64,000 nt of DNA from Octopus sinensis (taxonomy: Eukaryota). Shown here one piece after another: positions 38,558 to 50,884 of the stretch. Where the stretch lies: NCBI RefSeq assembly GCF_006345805.1, contig NC_043011.1:20348464-20412463 (forward strand), written 5' to 3'. The translations under genes were made by a program, and so were the position numbers. Position 1 is the stretch's first letter, and each line of letters starts with the position of its first letter. The notes below the pieces were generated by a model, which searched no databases, had not been told where the DNA came from, and saw only the letters and a program-made list of their open reading frames with translations.

Positions 38558-39894
38558 TGTTACGGAATCACCCGTCGTCGCCCGTCCCGAACGGCTCACA
38601 CAAGTTCCGCCACGGAACCCAGAGAGGAGGAGAGAGAGGAGAGACAGATAGATACTGCCACAACCCCAACAGCACAGAGATACAGAGGCACAACCCGAGA
38701 TACAACCCAAAGAGGCAAGGCAACAACTGGCAACACTGGCTTATATTCAAACAACAGTTTATACGACAATCAATTGCTACACATCAAATACATTTAAGGC
38801 AAACAACAAATCAATACATCATACGGTATACCACAGATCAAAGCATTTAACAACATGCATGTAACATATAACAGTGTTCAGTAACGACACAACAAGTCCA
38901 GATCAAATAATGTTCACGATACGTCACAGTCCAATCAGAACACTTCGATACATTATACAATGTTCGTATCACAACAATTCACGTTACATTCAACAAGTCC
39001 TTTACTCAATTCTTCACAATGTCCTTTATCGACCACATCGACAGAGTCCTGACTGTTCTTTTCTGTCGGTCCGTATACACCGTGACACATATCAATGCAC
39101 AAACACATACCTTAATTCCTAACTGAATCGCCAGTGTCCCATTCTGCACTCATCTCTGAATACTGCCAAATCCTCTGAATACTCTGCTAATTCCCCTCTG
39201 TGCATATTCCAATCGCTTGCCCCTAGGCCTCCTCGCATCCCAGCTCGCTCCCAGGAATTCCAACGCTTGCTCCTTAAATCCAAAGTTCCATCCACTCGCT
39301 CTGACCTCCAGAGTCCGTCTGTCTTCTTCCAGGACCGGCCAGCGACTCCAAGATCCGTCTGTGTTCCTCGACGACCGCTCAACGACTGCCCTTCTTGACG
39401 ACCAACTGCGAACTACCAGACCTCACTTCGTCTCTGTCCTTCTTCCACTCCCCTCATCTCCCTCTGTCTATATCGCTCTTACCCTTTCTAACTGCCCTGG
39501 TCCTTATACTCTATCTATATCCTCAATCTGTCCCTTACTGCTTATCCTTTCTATTTGCCCTCTGCTCTTACTCTATCGCTATCGCCTGCCAGACTCTTCC
39601 TATCTATCTGTCCCTTTTCTCTTACTGCCTATCTCTATCGCCTGCTGCCTATTACCCTCTCTTGACAGCTCTACCCTACTCTCACTCTCTGCCTGTCCCT
39701 CTCTGCCCCCCTCATCCTCTCTCACGACATATTCAAGGGGTGCCTGAGCGACCCTAATTCACCCGCACAAGGTCACAGGTCATTCCAAAACCCATTAGTC
39801 CCCATTAAACAAAAGACTGTCCACTTTCTACTAGACATGCCGGAACATAATTCCAATGTGGGTCACCGGGAAATGCACCAGCTAAACCGTAACA

Positions 39895-39906
39895 CTACCC
39901 CCTACC
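39895..39906 (-). other. Polypurine tract GGTAGGGGGTAG (also 43207-43218 and 46513-46524)
   Basis: Abuts the 3' LTR start TGTTAC on the minus strand in all three units. Confidence 0.85.
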
Positions 39907-39934
39907 TAAGCTTTTGTCGACCCGACAAAGCATA

Positions 39935-41825
39935 CTAAACTCGCACCTCGAGCAGCAGACTCTCCAGGGGCTGGGGGTCCCCTGGGTGGTTTCTCCTCCG
40001 GGGGTCTCACCTCCCACGGCCACCACTTCAGCACCAGCCACAGGTTGGCACCTTCCCTCTGCGGCTTGGGTAACCTACCTCCGCCAACGCCGCCAGGCTT
40101 CCTACTAGCCGCCCACAATAGGCGCACACGTCCGAGGAAGTTCCTCAAATCCCTCACACAAGAAGGGTCCGGCCAATCCTTCACAGTGGCCACCTTCCTC
40201 AGGGCTCTATAGCCCACGTAGCATCTTGCTGTACCATCTCCATTCCGCGCAATTATCGCCGACGACCAGGGACCATTCCGCTTTTCCACTGTTCCCCGTC
40301 GCCGATATCTCCTCTTGCGCTGCTGTACTGAGACCTTCCTCCGGCCTCGCTGCTTCCTCAAGCGACAACCGCCCTGGTCGACGAAACGTTCTGCCAGGTC
40401 CGTGCGACCAGATCCAACAACACTCGCGACCAACGTCCTGCGCTCTTCACCAACGGTTGCTTCTTCTCGCAACTGCATCAGCGGACCACGATCTCCCTTA
40501 ACTTCATCACTGCACCGGCAGAACTGACCCCGCCGCTGGTTTACCGTCGGCGCAGTTCCACGATTTGCCCTCTGCAAATCGCCTGCGCAGCCTTCAATAA
40601 ATCGGCCGACCCACCCAGCGCTCTGTCAGCCTCTGCCTCCACCAGGGTCCAGCCGACCCTCAATTGAGTTCCTATTCCGCACTGCATGTCGGGCTCCACC
40701 GCCCCACGCAACCATCAAATACAGAGCTCCCCCAAGTGCCTACAAAGCACCAGCGACTCCTTGCGGACCGCCTCCTCAACTGCATCCGTGGGCCACCAAC
40801 TCCTCAACTGCGTTGCCGTATCGGCAGAACTGGCCCCCCTGGTTCGCCATCTGGCACGATTCCTCGATTTGCCTTCTACAAATCGCCTGTGCCACTTCCA
40901 AAAGATCGGCCGACCCAGCCAGCGCTCCACCAGCTTCTGCTTCCACTAGGGTCCACCCGACCCTCAATCGAGCTTTCACTAGGCACTGCCTGTCGGGCTC
41001 CACCGGCCCCAAGCAACCATCAACAACCACAAAGCTCACCCAACGCTGAAGCAGTCTTCTTGGTTTCGGTGGACCCACCACCGTTCGCAGCCGTCTCGCC
41101 TCGTCAACGGGCCTGGTCCTTTTCCTCACCAGCTTCCGTCCCGCAGGCCTCACAACACACACGCCCGGCCACCAGTCCATCCACGCCTGTGGCCTCTCCA
41201 CAGTGGGAACCATACAGTCCCTCCGGGCCCCAAGAGACAGGGGTCCAGACACCAAGGGACCCGCACACGGCATAGCACCTGCCGCGACCATCACACACAG
41301 AGCCGGAACCTCGGACTCAGCGACATTCGCCCCAGACCTCGCCAGCTCTTCGTCCTGAGCTCCGAGAGACAGGGGCCGAGATGCCAAGGGCTCCAGACAC
41401 GAACAACAGCATCATCAGCCATAACAACTTCAACACAAGCCCTTGGTTAATTCAACCTCTACGGGTTCCAAATCACAAGATTTCTTGGGTACAGCGTCAC
41501 AAATTTCGGCAACCAGCCCAGTTCCGCAAACACAGCCGGTCCAGCATCACAGATTTCGGCAACACTTCCTTCACTATCTGTTTCCCTCGATGCTTCGTTC
41601 GACGGGCAATCTCTGCCCACAGGACCGTCGCTATCCCGGTCCAACACCGATCCTTCAAAGCTGACCCATCCGCAACCTCAAGCTCCCGCTGATCTGCCAC
41701 AGGCCCTGTCGCCTCCTGTCCATTCTCTCCACGAACGCGTCCGTCTGCGCCATCTGGCCCCTAACATCTCCACAATCAGAGCAAGCGAATCCCTCGTCTC
41801 CGGTCTGACAACCAGACAAATCCAT
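39935..41825 (-). CDS. Internal ORF of LTR unit 1 (frameshifted copy of a ~630-aa consensus)
   Basis: ATG (MDLSG..) at 41825 to TAG (..EVRV*) at 39935; ORF-track pieces 41655-41855, 40776-41387 and 39906-40577 cover most of it. Confidence 0.6.
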
Positions 41826-41863
41826 AGCGAAAAAGAACCGATCGAAACGCAGCAATCAGGACA

Positions 41864-41881
41864 ATCCCACTTCTGACACCA
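41864..41881 (-). other. Primer-binding site TGGTGTCAGAAGTGGGAT, complementary to the tRNA-Leu(CAA) 3' end (also 45178-45195 and 48487-48504)
   Basis: 18-nt match to ATCCCACTTCTGACACCA, 2 nt downstream of the 5' LTR in all three units. Confidence 0.9.
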
Positions 41882-43246
41882 GTTGTTACGGAATCACCCG
41901 TCGTCGCCCGTCCCGAACGGCTCACACAAGTTCCGCCACGGAACCCAGAGAGGAGGAGAGAGGAGAGACAGATAGATACTGCCACAACCCAACAGCACAG
42001 AGATACAGAGGCACAACCCGAGATACAACCCAAAGAGGCAAGGCAACAACTGGCAACACTGGCTTATATTCAAACAACAGTTTATACGACAATCAATTGC
42101 TACACATCAAATACATTAAGGCAAACAACAAATCAATACATCATACGGTATACCACAGATCAAAGCATTTAACAACATGCATGTAACAATATAACAGTGT
42201 TCAGTAACGACACACAGTCCAGATCAAATAATGTTCACGATACGTCACAGTTCAATCAGAACACTTCGATACATTATACAATGTTCGTATCACAACAATT
42301 CACGTTACAATTCAACAAGTCCTTTACTCAATTCTTCACAATGTCCTTTATCGACCACATCGACAGAGTCCTTGACTGTCTTTTTCTGTCGGTCCGTATA
42401 CACCGTGACACATATCAATGCACAAACACATACCTTAATTCCTAACTGAATCGCCAGTGTCCCATTCTGCACTCATCTCTGAATACTGCCAAATCCTCTG
42501 AATACTCTGCTAATTCCCCTCTGTGCATATCCAATCGCTTGCCCCTAGCCTCCTCCATCCCGCTCGCTCCAGGAATTCCAACGCTTGCTCCTTAAATCCA
42601 AAGTCCATCCACTCGCTCTGACCTCCAGAGTCCGTCTGTCTTCTTCCAGGACCGGCCAGCGACTCCAAGATCCGTCTGTGTTCCTCGACGACCGCTCAAC
42701 GACTGCCCTTCTTGACGACCAACTGCGAACTACCAGACCTCACTTCGTCTCTGTCCTTCTTCCACTCCCCTCATCTCCCTCTGTCTATATCGCTCTTACC
42801 CTTTCTAACTGCCCTGGTCCTTATACTCTCTATCTATACCTCAATCTGTCCCTTACTGCTTATCCTTTCTATTTGCCCTCTGCTCTTACTCTATCGCTAT
42901 CGCCTGCCAGACTCTTCCTATCTATCTGTCCCTTTCTCTTCTTCTCTACTGCCTATCTCTATCGCCTGCTGCTATTACCCTCTCTTGACAGCTCTACCAT
43001 ACTCTCTGCCTTCCCTCTCTGCCCCCTCATCTCTCTCACGACATATTCAAGGGGTGCTGACGACCCCTCTTCACCCGCACAAGGTCACAGGTCATTCCAA
43101 AACCCATTAGTCCTCCATTAAACAAAAGACTGTCACTTTTCTACTAGACATGCCGGAACCATATTCCAATGTGGGTCACCGGGAATGCACACAGCTAAAC
43201 GTAACACTACCCCCTACCTAAGCTTTTGTCGACCCGACAAAGCATA

Positions 43247-45139
43247 CTAAACTCGCACCTCCGAGCAGCAGACTCTCCAGGGGCTGGGGGTCCCCTTGGG
43301 TGGTTTCTCCTCCGGGGGTCTCACCTCCCACGGCCACCACTTCAGCACCAGCCACAGGTTGGCACCTTCCCTCTGCGGCTTGGGTAACACCTCCGCCAAC
43401 GCCGCCAGGCTTCCTACTAGCCGCCCACAATAGGCGCACCGTCCGAGGAAGTTCCTCAAATCCCTCACACAAGAAGGGTCCGGCCAATCCTTCACAGTGG
43501 CCACCTTCCTCAGGGCTCTATAGCCCACGTAGCATCTTGCTGTACCATCTCCATTCCGCGCAATTATCGCCGACGACCAGGGACCATTCCGCTTTTCCAC
43601 TGTTCCCCGTCGCCGATATCTCCTCTTGCGCTGCTGTACTGAGACCTCCTCCTCCGGCCTCGCTGCTTCCTCAAGCGACAACCGCCCTGGTCGACGAAAC
43701 GTTCTGCCAGGTCCGTGCGACCAGATCCAACAACACTCGCGACCAACGTCCTGCGCTCTTCACCAACGGTTGCTTCTTCCGCAACTGCATCAGCGGACCA
43801 CGATCTCCCTTAACTTCATCACTGCTGCACCGGCAGAACTGACCCCGCCGCTGGTTTACCGTCCGGCGCAGTTCCACGATTTGCCCTCTGCAAATCGCCT
43901 GCGCAGCCTTCAATAAATCGGCCGACCCACCCAGCGCTCTGTCAGCCTCTGCCTCCACCAGGGTCCAGCCGACCCTCAATTGAGTTCCTATTCCGCACTG
44001 CATGTCGGGCTCCACCGGCCCCACGCAACCATCAAACAGAGCTCCCCCAAGTGCCTACAAGCACCAGCGACTCCTTGCGGACCGCCTCCTCAACTGCATC
44101 CGTGGGCACACCAACTCCTTCAACTGCGTTGCCGTATCGGCAGAACTGGCCCCACCACTGGTTCGCCATCTGGCACGATTCCTCGATTTGCCTTCTACAA
44201 ATCGCCTGTGCCACTTCCAAAAGATCGGCCGACCCAGCCAGCGCTCCACCAGCTTCTGCTTCCACTAGGGTCCACCCGACCCTCAATCGAGCTTTCACTA
44301 GGCACTGCCTGTCGGGCTCCACCGGCCCCAAGCAACCATCAACCACAAAGCTCACCCAACGCTGAAGCAGTCTTCTTGGTTTCGGTGGACCCACCACCGT
44401 TCGCAGCCGTCTCGCCTCGTCAACGGGCCTGGTCCTTTTCCTCACCAGCTTCCGTCCGCAGGCCTCACAACACCACACGCCCGGCCGCCAGTCCATCCAC
44501 GCCTGTGGCCTCTCCACAGTGGGAACCATACAGTCCCTCTGGGCCCCAAGAGACAGGGGTCCAGACACCAAGGACCCGCACACGGCATAGCACCTGCCGC
44601 GACCATCACACACAGAGCCGGAACCTCGGACTCAGCGACATTCGCCCCAGACCTCGCCAGCTCTTCGTCCTGAGCTCCGAGAGACAGGGTCCGAGATGCC
44701 AAGGGCTCCAGACACGGAACAACAGCATCAGCCATAACAACTTCAACAGCCTTTGGTTACTTCAACCTCTACGGTTCCAAATCACAAGATTTCTTGGGTA
44801 CAGCGTCACAAATTTCGGCAACCAGCCCAGGTTCCGCAAACACAGCCGGTCCAGCATCACAGATTTCGGCAACACTTCCTTCACTATCTGTTTCCCTCGA
44901 TGCTTCGTTCGACGGGCAATCTCTGCCCACAGGACCGTCGCTATCCTCGGTCAACACCGATCCTTCAAAGCTGACCCATCCGCAACCTCAAGCTCCCGCT
45001 GATCTGCCCACAGGCCCTGTCGCCTCCTGTCCATTCTCTCCACGAACGCGTCCGTCTGCGCCATCTGGCCCCTTAACATCTCCACAATCAGAGCAAGCGA
45101 AATCTCCTCGTCTCCGGTCTGACAACCAGACAAATCCAT
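43247..45139 (-). CDS. Internal ORF of LTR unit 2 (frameshifted copy of a ~630-aa consensus)
   Basis: Span 1893 nt = 631 codons; contains PWSSAIIARNGDGTARCYVGYRAL and KVATVKDWPDPSCVRDLRNFLGRCAYCGRLV (RT finger and thumb motifs). Confidence 0.6.
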
Positions 45140-46552
45140 AGCGAAAAAGAACCGATCGAAACGCAGCAATCAGGACAATCCCACTTCTGACACCAGTTGT
45201 TACGGAATCACCCGTCGTCGCCCGTCCCGAACGGCTCACACAAGTTCCGCCACGGAACCCAGAGAGGAGGAGAGAGAGGAGAGACAGATAGATACTGCCA
45301 CAACCCCAACAGCACAGAGATACAGAGGCACAACCCGAGATACAACCCAAAGAGGCAAGGCAACAACTGGCAACACTGGCTTATATTCAAACAACAGTTT
45401 ATACGACAATCAATTGCTACACATCAAATACATTAAGGCAAACAACAAATCAATACATCATACGGTATACCACAGATCAAAGCATACAACAATGCATGTA
45501 ACAATATAACAGTGTTCAGTAACGACACAACAACCAGATCAAATAATGTTCACGATACGTCACAGTCAATCAGAACACTTCGATACATTATCAATGTTCG
45601 TATCACACAATTCACGTTACAATTCAACAAGTCCTTTACTCATTCTTCACAATGTCCTTTATCGACCACATCGACAGAGTCCTTGACTGTTCTTTTCTGT
45701 CGGTCCGTTACACCGTGACACATATCAATGCACAAACACATACCTTAATTCCTAACTGAATCGCCAGTGTCCCATTCTGCACTCATCTCTGAACTGCCAA
45801 ATCCTCTGAATACTCTGCTAATTCCCCTCTGTGCATATTCCAATCGCTTGCCCGGCCTCCTCGCATCCCGCTCCTCCAGGAATTCCAACGCTTGCTCCTA
45901 AATCCAAAGTTCCATCCATCGCTCTGACCTCCAGAGTCCGTCTGTCTTCTTCCAGGACCGGCCAGCGACTCCAAGATCCTCTGTGTTCCTCGACGACCGC
46001 TCAACGACTGCCCTTCTTGACGACCAACTGCGAACTACCAGACCTCACTTCGTCTCTGTCCTTCTTCCACTCCCCTCATCTCCCTCTGTCTATATCGCTC
46101 TTACCCTTTCTAACTGCCCTGGTCCTTATACTCTATCTATATCCTCAATCTGTCCCTTACTGCTTATCCTTTCTATTTGCCTCTGCTCTTACTCTATCGC
46201 TATCGCCTGCCAGACTCTTCCTATCTATCTGTCCCTTTTCTCTTACTGCCTATCTCTATCGCCTGCTGCCTATTACCCTCTCTTGACAGCTCTACCATAC
46301 TCTCTGCCTGTCCCTCTCTGCCCCCCTCATCCTCTCTCACGACATATTCAAGGGGTGCCTGAGCGACCCCTAATTCACCCGCACAAGGTCACAGGTCATT
46401 CCAAAACCCATTAGTCCTCCATTAAACAAAAGACTGTCACTTTTCTACTAGACATGCCGGAACCATAATTCCAATGTGGGTCACCGGGAAATGCACCAGC
46501 TAAACCGTAACACTACCCCCTACCTAAGCTTTTGTCGACCCGACAAAGCATA

Positions 46553-48448
46553 CTAAACTCGCACCTCCGAGCAGCAGACTCTCCAGGGGCTGGGGGTCCC
46601 CTTGGGTGGTTTCTCCTCCGGGGGTCTCACCTCCCACGGCCACCACTTCAGCACCAGCCACAGGTTGGCACCTTCCCTCTGCGGCTTGGTAACACCTCCG
46701 CCAACGCCGCCAGGCTTCCTACTAGCCGCCCACAATAGGCGCACGTCCGAGGAAGTTCCTCAAATCCCTCACACAAGAAGGGTCCGGCCAATCCTTCACA
46801 GTGGCCACCTTCCTCAGGGCTCTATAGCCCACGTAGCATCTTGCTGTACCATCCATCTCCATTCCGCGCAATTATCGCCGACGACCAGGGACCATTCCGC
46901 TTTTCCACTGTTCCCCGTCGCCGATATCTCCTCTTGCGCTGCTGTACTGAGACCTTCCTCCGGCCTCGCTGCTTCCTCAAGCGACAACCGCCCTGGTCGA
47001 CGAAACGTTCTGCCAGGTCCGTGCGACCAGATCCAACAATACTCGCGACCAACGTCCTGCGCTCTTCACCAACGGTTGCTTCTTCCGCAACTGCATCAGC
47101 GGACCACGATCTCCCTTAACTTCATCACTGCACCGGCAGAACTGACCCCGCCGCTGGTTTACCGTCCGGCGCAGTTCCACGATTTGCCCTCTGCAAATCG
47201 CCTGCGCAGCCTTCAATAAATCGGCCGACCCACCCAGCGCTCTGTCAGCCTCTGCCTCCACCAGGGTCCAGCCGACCCTCAATTGAGTTCCTATTCCGCA
47301 CTGCATGTCGGGCTCCACCGGCCCCACGCAACCATCAAATACAGAGCTCCCCCAAGTGCCTACAAAGCACCAGCGACTCCTTGCGGACCGCCTCCTCAAC
47401 TGCATCCGTGGGCCACCAACTCCTTCAACTGCGTTGCCGTATCGGCAGAACTGGCCCCACCACTGGTTCGCCATCTGGCACGATTCCTCGATTTGCCTTC
47501 TACAAATCGCCTGTGCCACTTCCAAAAGATCGGCCGACCCAGCCAGCGCTCCACCAGCTTCTGCTTCCACTAGGGTCCACCCGACCCTCAATCGAGCTTT
47601 CACTAGGCACTGCCTGTCGGGCTCCACCGGCCCCAAGCAACCATCAACCACAAAGCTCACCCAACGCTGAAGCAGTCTCCTGGTCTCGGTGGACCCACCA
47701 CCGTTCGCAGCCGTCTCGCCTCGTCAACGGGCCTGGTCCTTTTCCTCACCAGCTTCCGTCCCGCAGCCTCACAACACACACGCCCGGCCGCCAGTCCATC
47801 CACGCCTGTGGCCTCTCCACAGTGGGAACCATACAGTCCCCCCGGGCCCCAAGAGACAGGGGTCCAGACACCAAGGGACCCGCACACGGCATAGCACCTG
47901 CCGCGACCATCACACACAGAGCCGGAACCTCGGACTCAGCGACATTCGCCCCAGACCTCGCCAGCTCTTCGTCCTGAGCTCCGAGAGACAGAGGCCGAGA
48001 TGCCAAGGGCTCCAGACACGGAACAACAGCATCAGCCATAACAACTTCAACAAGCCTCTTGGTTAATTCAACCTCTACGGATTCCAAATCACAAGATTTC
48101 TTGGGTACAGCGTCACAAATTTCGGCAACCAGCCCAGGTTCCGCAAACACAGCCGGTCCAGCATCACAGATTTCGGCAACACTTCCTTCACTATCTGTTT
48201 CCCTCGATGCTTCGTTCGACGGGCAATCTCTGCCCACAGGACCGTCGCTATCCTCGGTCCAACACCGATCCTTCAAAGCTGACCCATCCGCAACCTCAAG
48301 CTCCCGCTGATCTGCCCACAGGCCCTGTCGCCTCCTGTCCATTCTCTCCACGAACGCGTCCGTCTGCGCCATCTGGCCCCTACCATCTCCACAATCAGAG
48401 CAAGCGAAATCTCCTCGTCGTCTCGGTCTGACAACCAGACAAATCCAT
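46553..48448 (-). CDS. Internal ORF of LTR unit 3 (frameshifted copy of a ~630-aa consensus)
   Basis: ORF-track pieces 47746-48372, 46977-47660, 46822-47052 and 46553-46744. Confidence 0.6.
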
Positions 48449-49866
48449 AGCGAAAAAGAACCGATCGAAACGCAGCAATCAGGACAATCCCACTTCTGAC
48501 ACCAGTTTTTACGGAATCACCCGTCGTCGCCCGTCCCGAACGGCTCACACAAGTTCCGCCGCCACGGAACCCAGAGAGGAGGAGAGAGAGGAGAGACAGA
48601 TAGATACTGCCACAACCCCAACAGCACAGAGATACAGAGGCACAACCCGAGATACAACCCAAAGAGGCAAGGCAACAACTGGCAACACTGGCTTATATTC
48701 AAACAACAGTTTATACGACAATCAATTGCTACACATCAAATACATTTAAGGCAAACAACAAATCAATACATCATACGGTATACCACAATCAAGCATTAAA
48801 ACATAAACAAACATGCACTGCATGTAACAATATAACAGTGTTCAGTAACGACACAACAAGTCCAGATCAAATAATGTTCACGATACGTCACAGTCCAATC
48901 AGAACACTTCGATACATTATACAATGTTCGTATCACAACAATTCACGTTACAATTCAACAAGTCCTTTACTCAATCTTCACAATGTCCTTTATCGACCAC
49001 ATCGACAGAGTCCTTGACTGTTCTTTTCTGTCGGTCCGTATACACCGTGACACATATCAATGCACAAACACATACCTTAATTCCTAACTGAATCGCCATG
49101 TCCCATTCTGCACTCATCTCTGAATACTGCCAAATCCTCCTGAATACTCTGCTAATTCCTCTCTGTGCATATTCCAATCGCTTGCCCCTAGGCCTCCTCG
49201 CATCCCAGCTCGCTCCCAGGAATTCCAACGCTTGCTCCTTAAATCCAAGGTTCCATCCACTCGCTCTGACCTCCAAGGTCCGTCTGTCTTCTTCCAGGAC
49301 CGGCCAGCGACTCAAGATCCGTCTGTGTTCCTCGACGACCGCTCAACGACTGCCCTTCTTGACGACCACTGCGAACTACCAGACCTCACTTCGTCTCTGT
49401 CCTTCTTCCACTCCCCTCATTTCCCTCTGTATATATCGCTCTTACCCTTTCTAACTGCCCTGGTCCTTATACTCTATCTATATCCTCAATCTGTCCCTTA
49501 CTGCTTATCCTTTCTATTTGCCCTCTGCTCTTACTCTATCGCTATCGCCTGCCAGACTCTTCCTCTCTATCTGTCCCTTTTCTCTTACTGCCTATCTCTA
49601 TCGCCTGCTGCCTATTACCCTCTCTTGACAGCTCTACCATACTCTCTGCCTGTCCCTCTCTGCCCACCTCATCCTCTCTCACGACATATTCAAGGGGTGC
49701 CTGAGCGACCCCTAATTCACCCGCACAAGGTCACAGGTCATTCCAAAACCCATTAGTCCTCCATTAAACAAAAGACTGTCACTTTTCTACTAGACATGCC
49801 GGAACCATAATTCCAATGTGGGTCACCGGGAAATGCACCAGCTAAACCGTAACAATATATAATATA

Positions 49867-50255
49867 TCTTTTACCTGTTTCAGTCATTTGACTGCGGCCA
49901 TGCTGGAGCACCACCTTTAATCGAGCAACTCGACCCCGGGACTTATTCTTTGTAAGCCCAGTACTTATTCTATCGGTCTTTTTTGCCGAACCGCTAAGTG
50001 ACAGGGACATAAACACACCAGCATCGGTTGTCAAGCAATGCTAGGGGGACAAACACAGACACACAAACACACACACATACATATATATATACATATATAC
50101 GACAGGCTTCTTTCAATTTCCGTCTACCAAATCCACTCACAAGGCTTTGGTCAGCCCGAGGCTATAGTAGAAGACACTTGCCCAAGGTGCCACGCAGTGG
50201 AGCTGAACCCGGAACCATGTGGTTGGTAAACAAGCTACTTACCACACAGCCACTC
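49867..50255 (-). mobile_element. SINE family A, full length
   Basis: Reverse complement of the family A consensus; its tail lies ~12 bp from the array's right end. Confidence 0.9.
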
Positions 50256-50884
50256 ATCAATAATACAGTGATTGTTTCTTATCAGGAACAAAATGTTTAA
50301 TAGGACTGCTATAGAAGTGCTCAATTGAATGAGACAAATATATCAAACTAAGGTTACAGAACAAACAAACAAATGCAAGGTCATTCACATAACATTTCAT
50401 ATCTCGAACATTTAATCATAGAATACTATTATGATATCACGGAAGATGAAACATAAACATCTGTACAAGCATATAAGAAAGTGTGAGAAGAAAAATGTGT
50501 GAATACAGTCATCACGGTTAATGTTAATACTTAGCGATTAAGAAATATATATTTTTTAAAAAAACATTACAACACCTAGAAAATTAAATACGTAAAATAT
50601 AGTATAAAGTAATATATAAATATATAGGTATATAAAAATATATAAAAAAAAAATATATATATAAGGAAGCATATAAATAAGTAATATTAATATATAATGT
50701 TAAAAATAAAAGTTCATCGTTTATAAAATCTTTTAAAAATTACATTTCAAATAAGGGAAACCTATAGTTAAAAACCAGTGTCCAAGCAAAAAAGAAGAAA
50801 CCATATTTACATTTATATATATATATATCTATATATATATATATATTATATATATATTATCTATCTTTTATTTATTTATTCTTA

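Larger units (their letters stand above)
38558..49854 (-). mobile_element. Tandem array of a non-autonomous Ty3/Gypsy-type LTR retroelement (LTR-int-LTR-int-LTR-int-LTR)
   Basis: LTRs 38558-39894, 41884-43206, 45198-46512, 48507-49854 with TGTTACGG/CCGTAACA terminal inverted repeats (LTR2 and LTR4 each carry one mutation in these). Internal regions 39895-41883, 43207-45197, 46513-48506. Periods 3326, 3314, 3309 bp. ATAT flanks both ends. Confidence 0.95.

Noticed and set aside
43980-45002. 340-aa plus-strand ORF and similar antisense ORFs in the array
   Set aside because: Antisense to the PBS/PPT-defined orientation, with no recognisable motif; long frames are expected opposite a GC-rich coding strand. 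Cannot be fully excluded without RNA data.
38558-49854. Array as a host multi-exon gene or satellite DNA
   Set aside because: TG..CA ends, PBS, PPT and TSD identify LTR-retroelement units.
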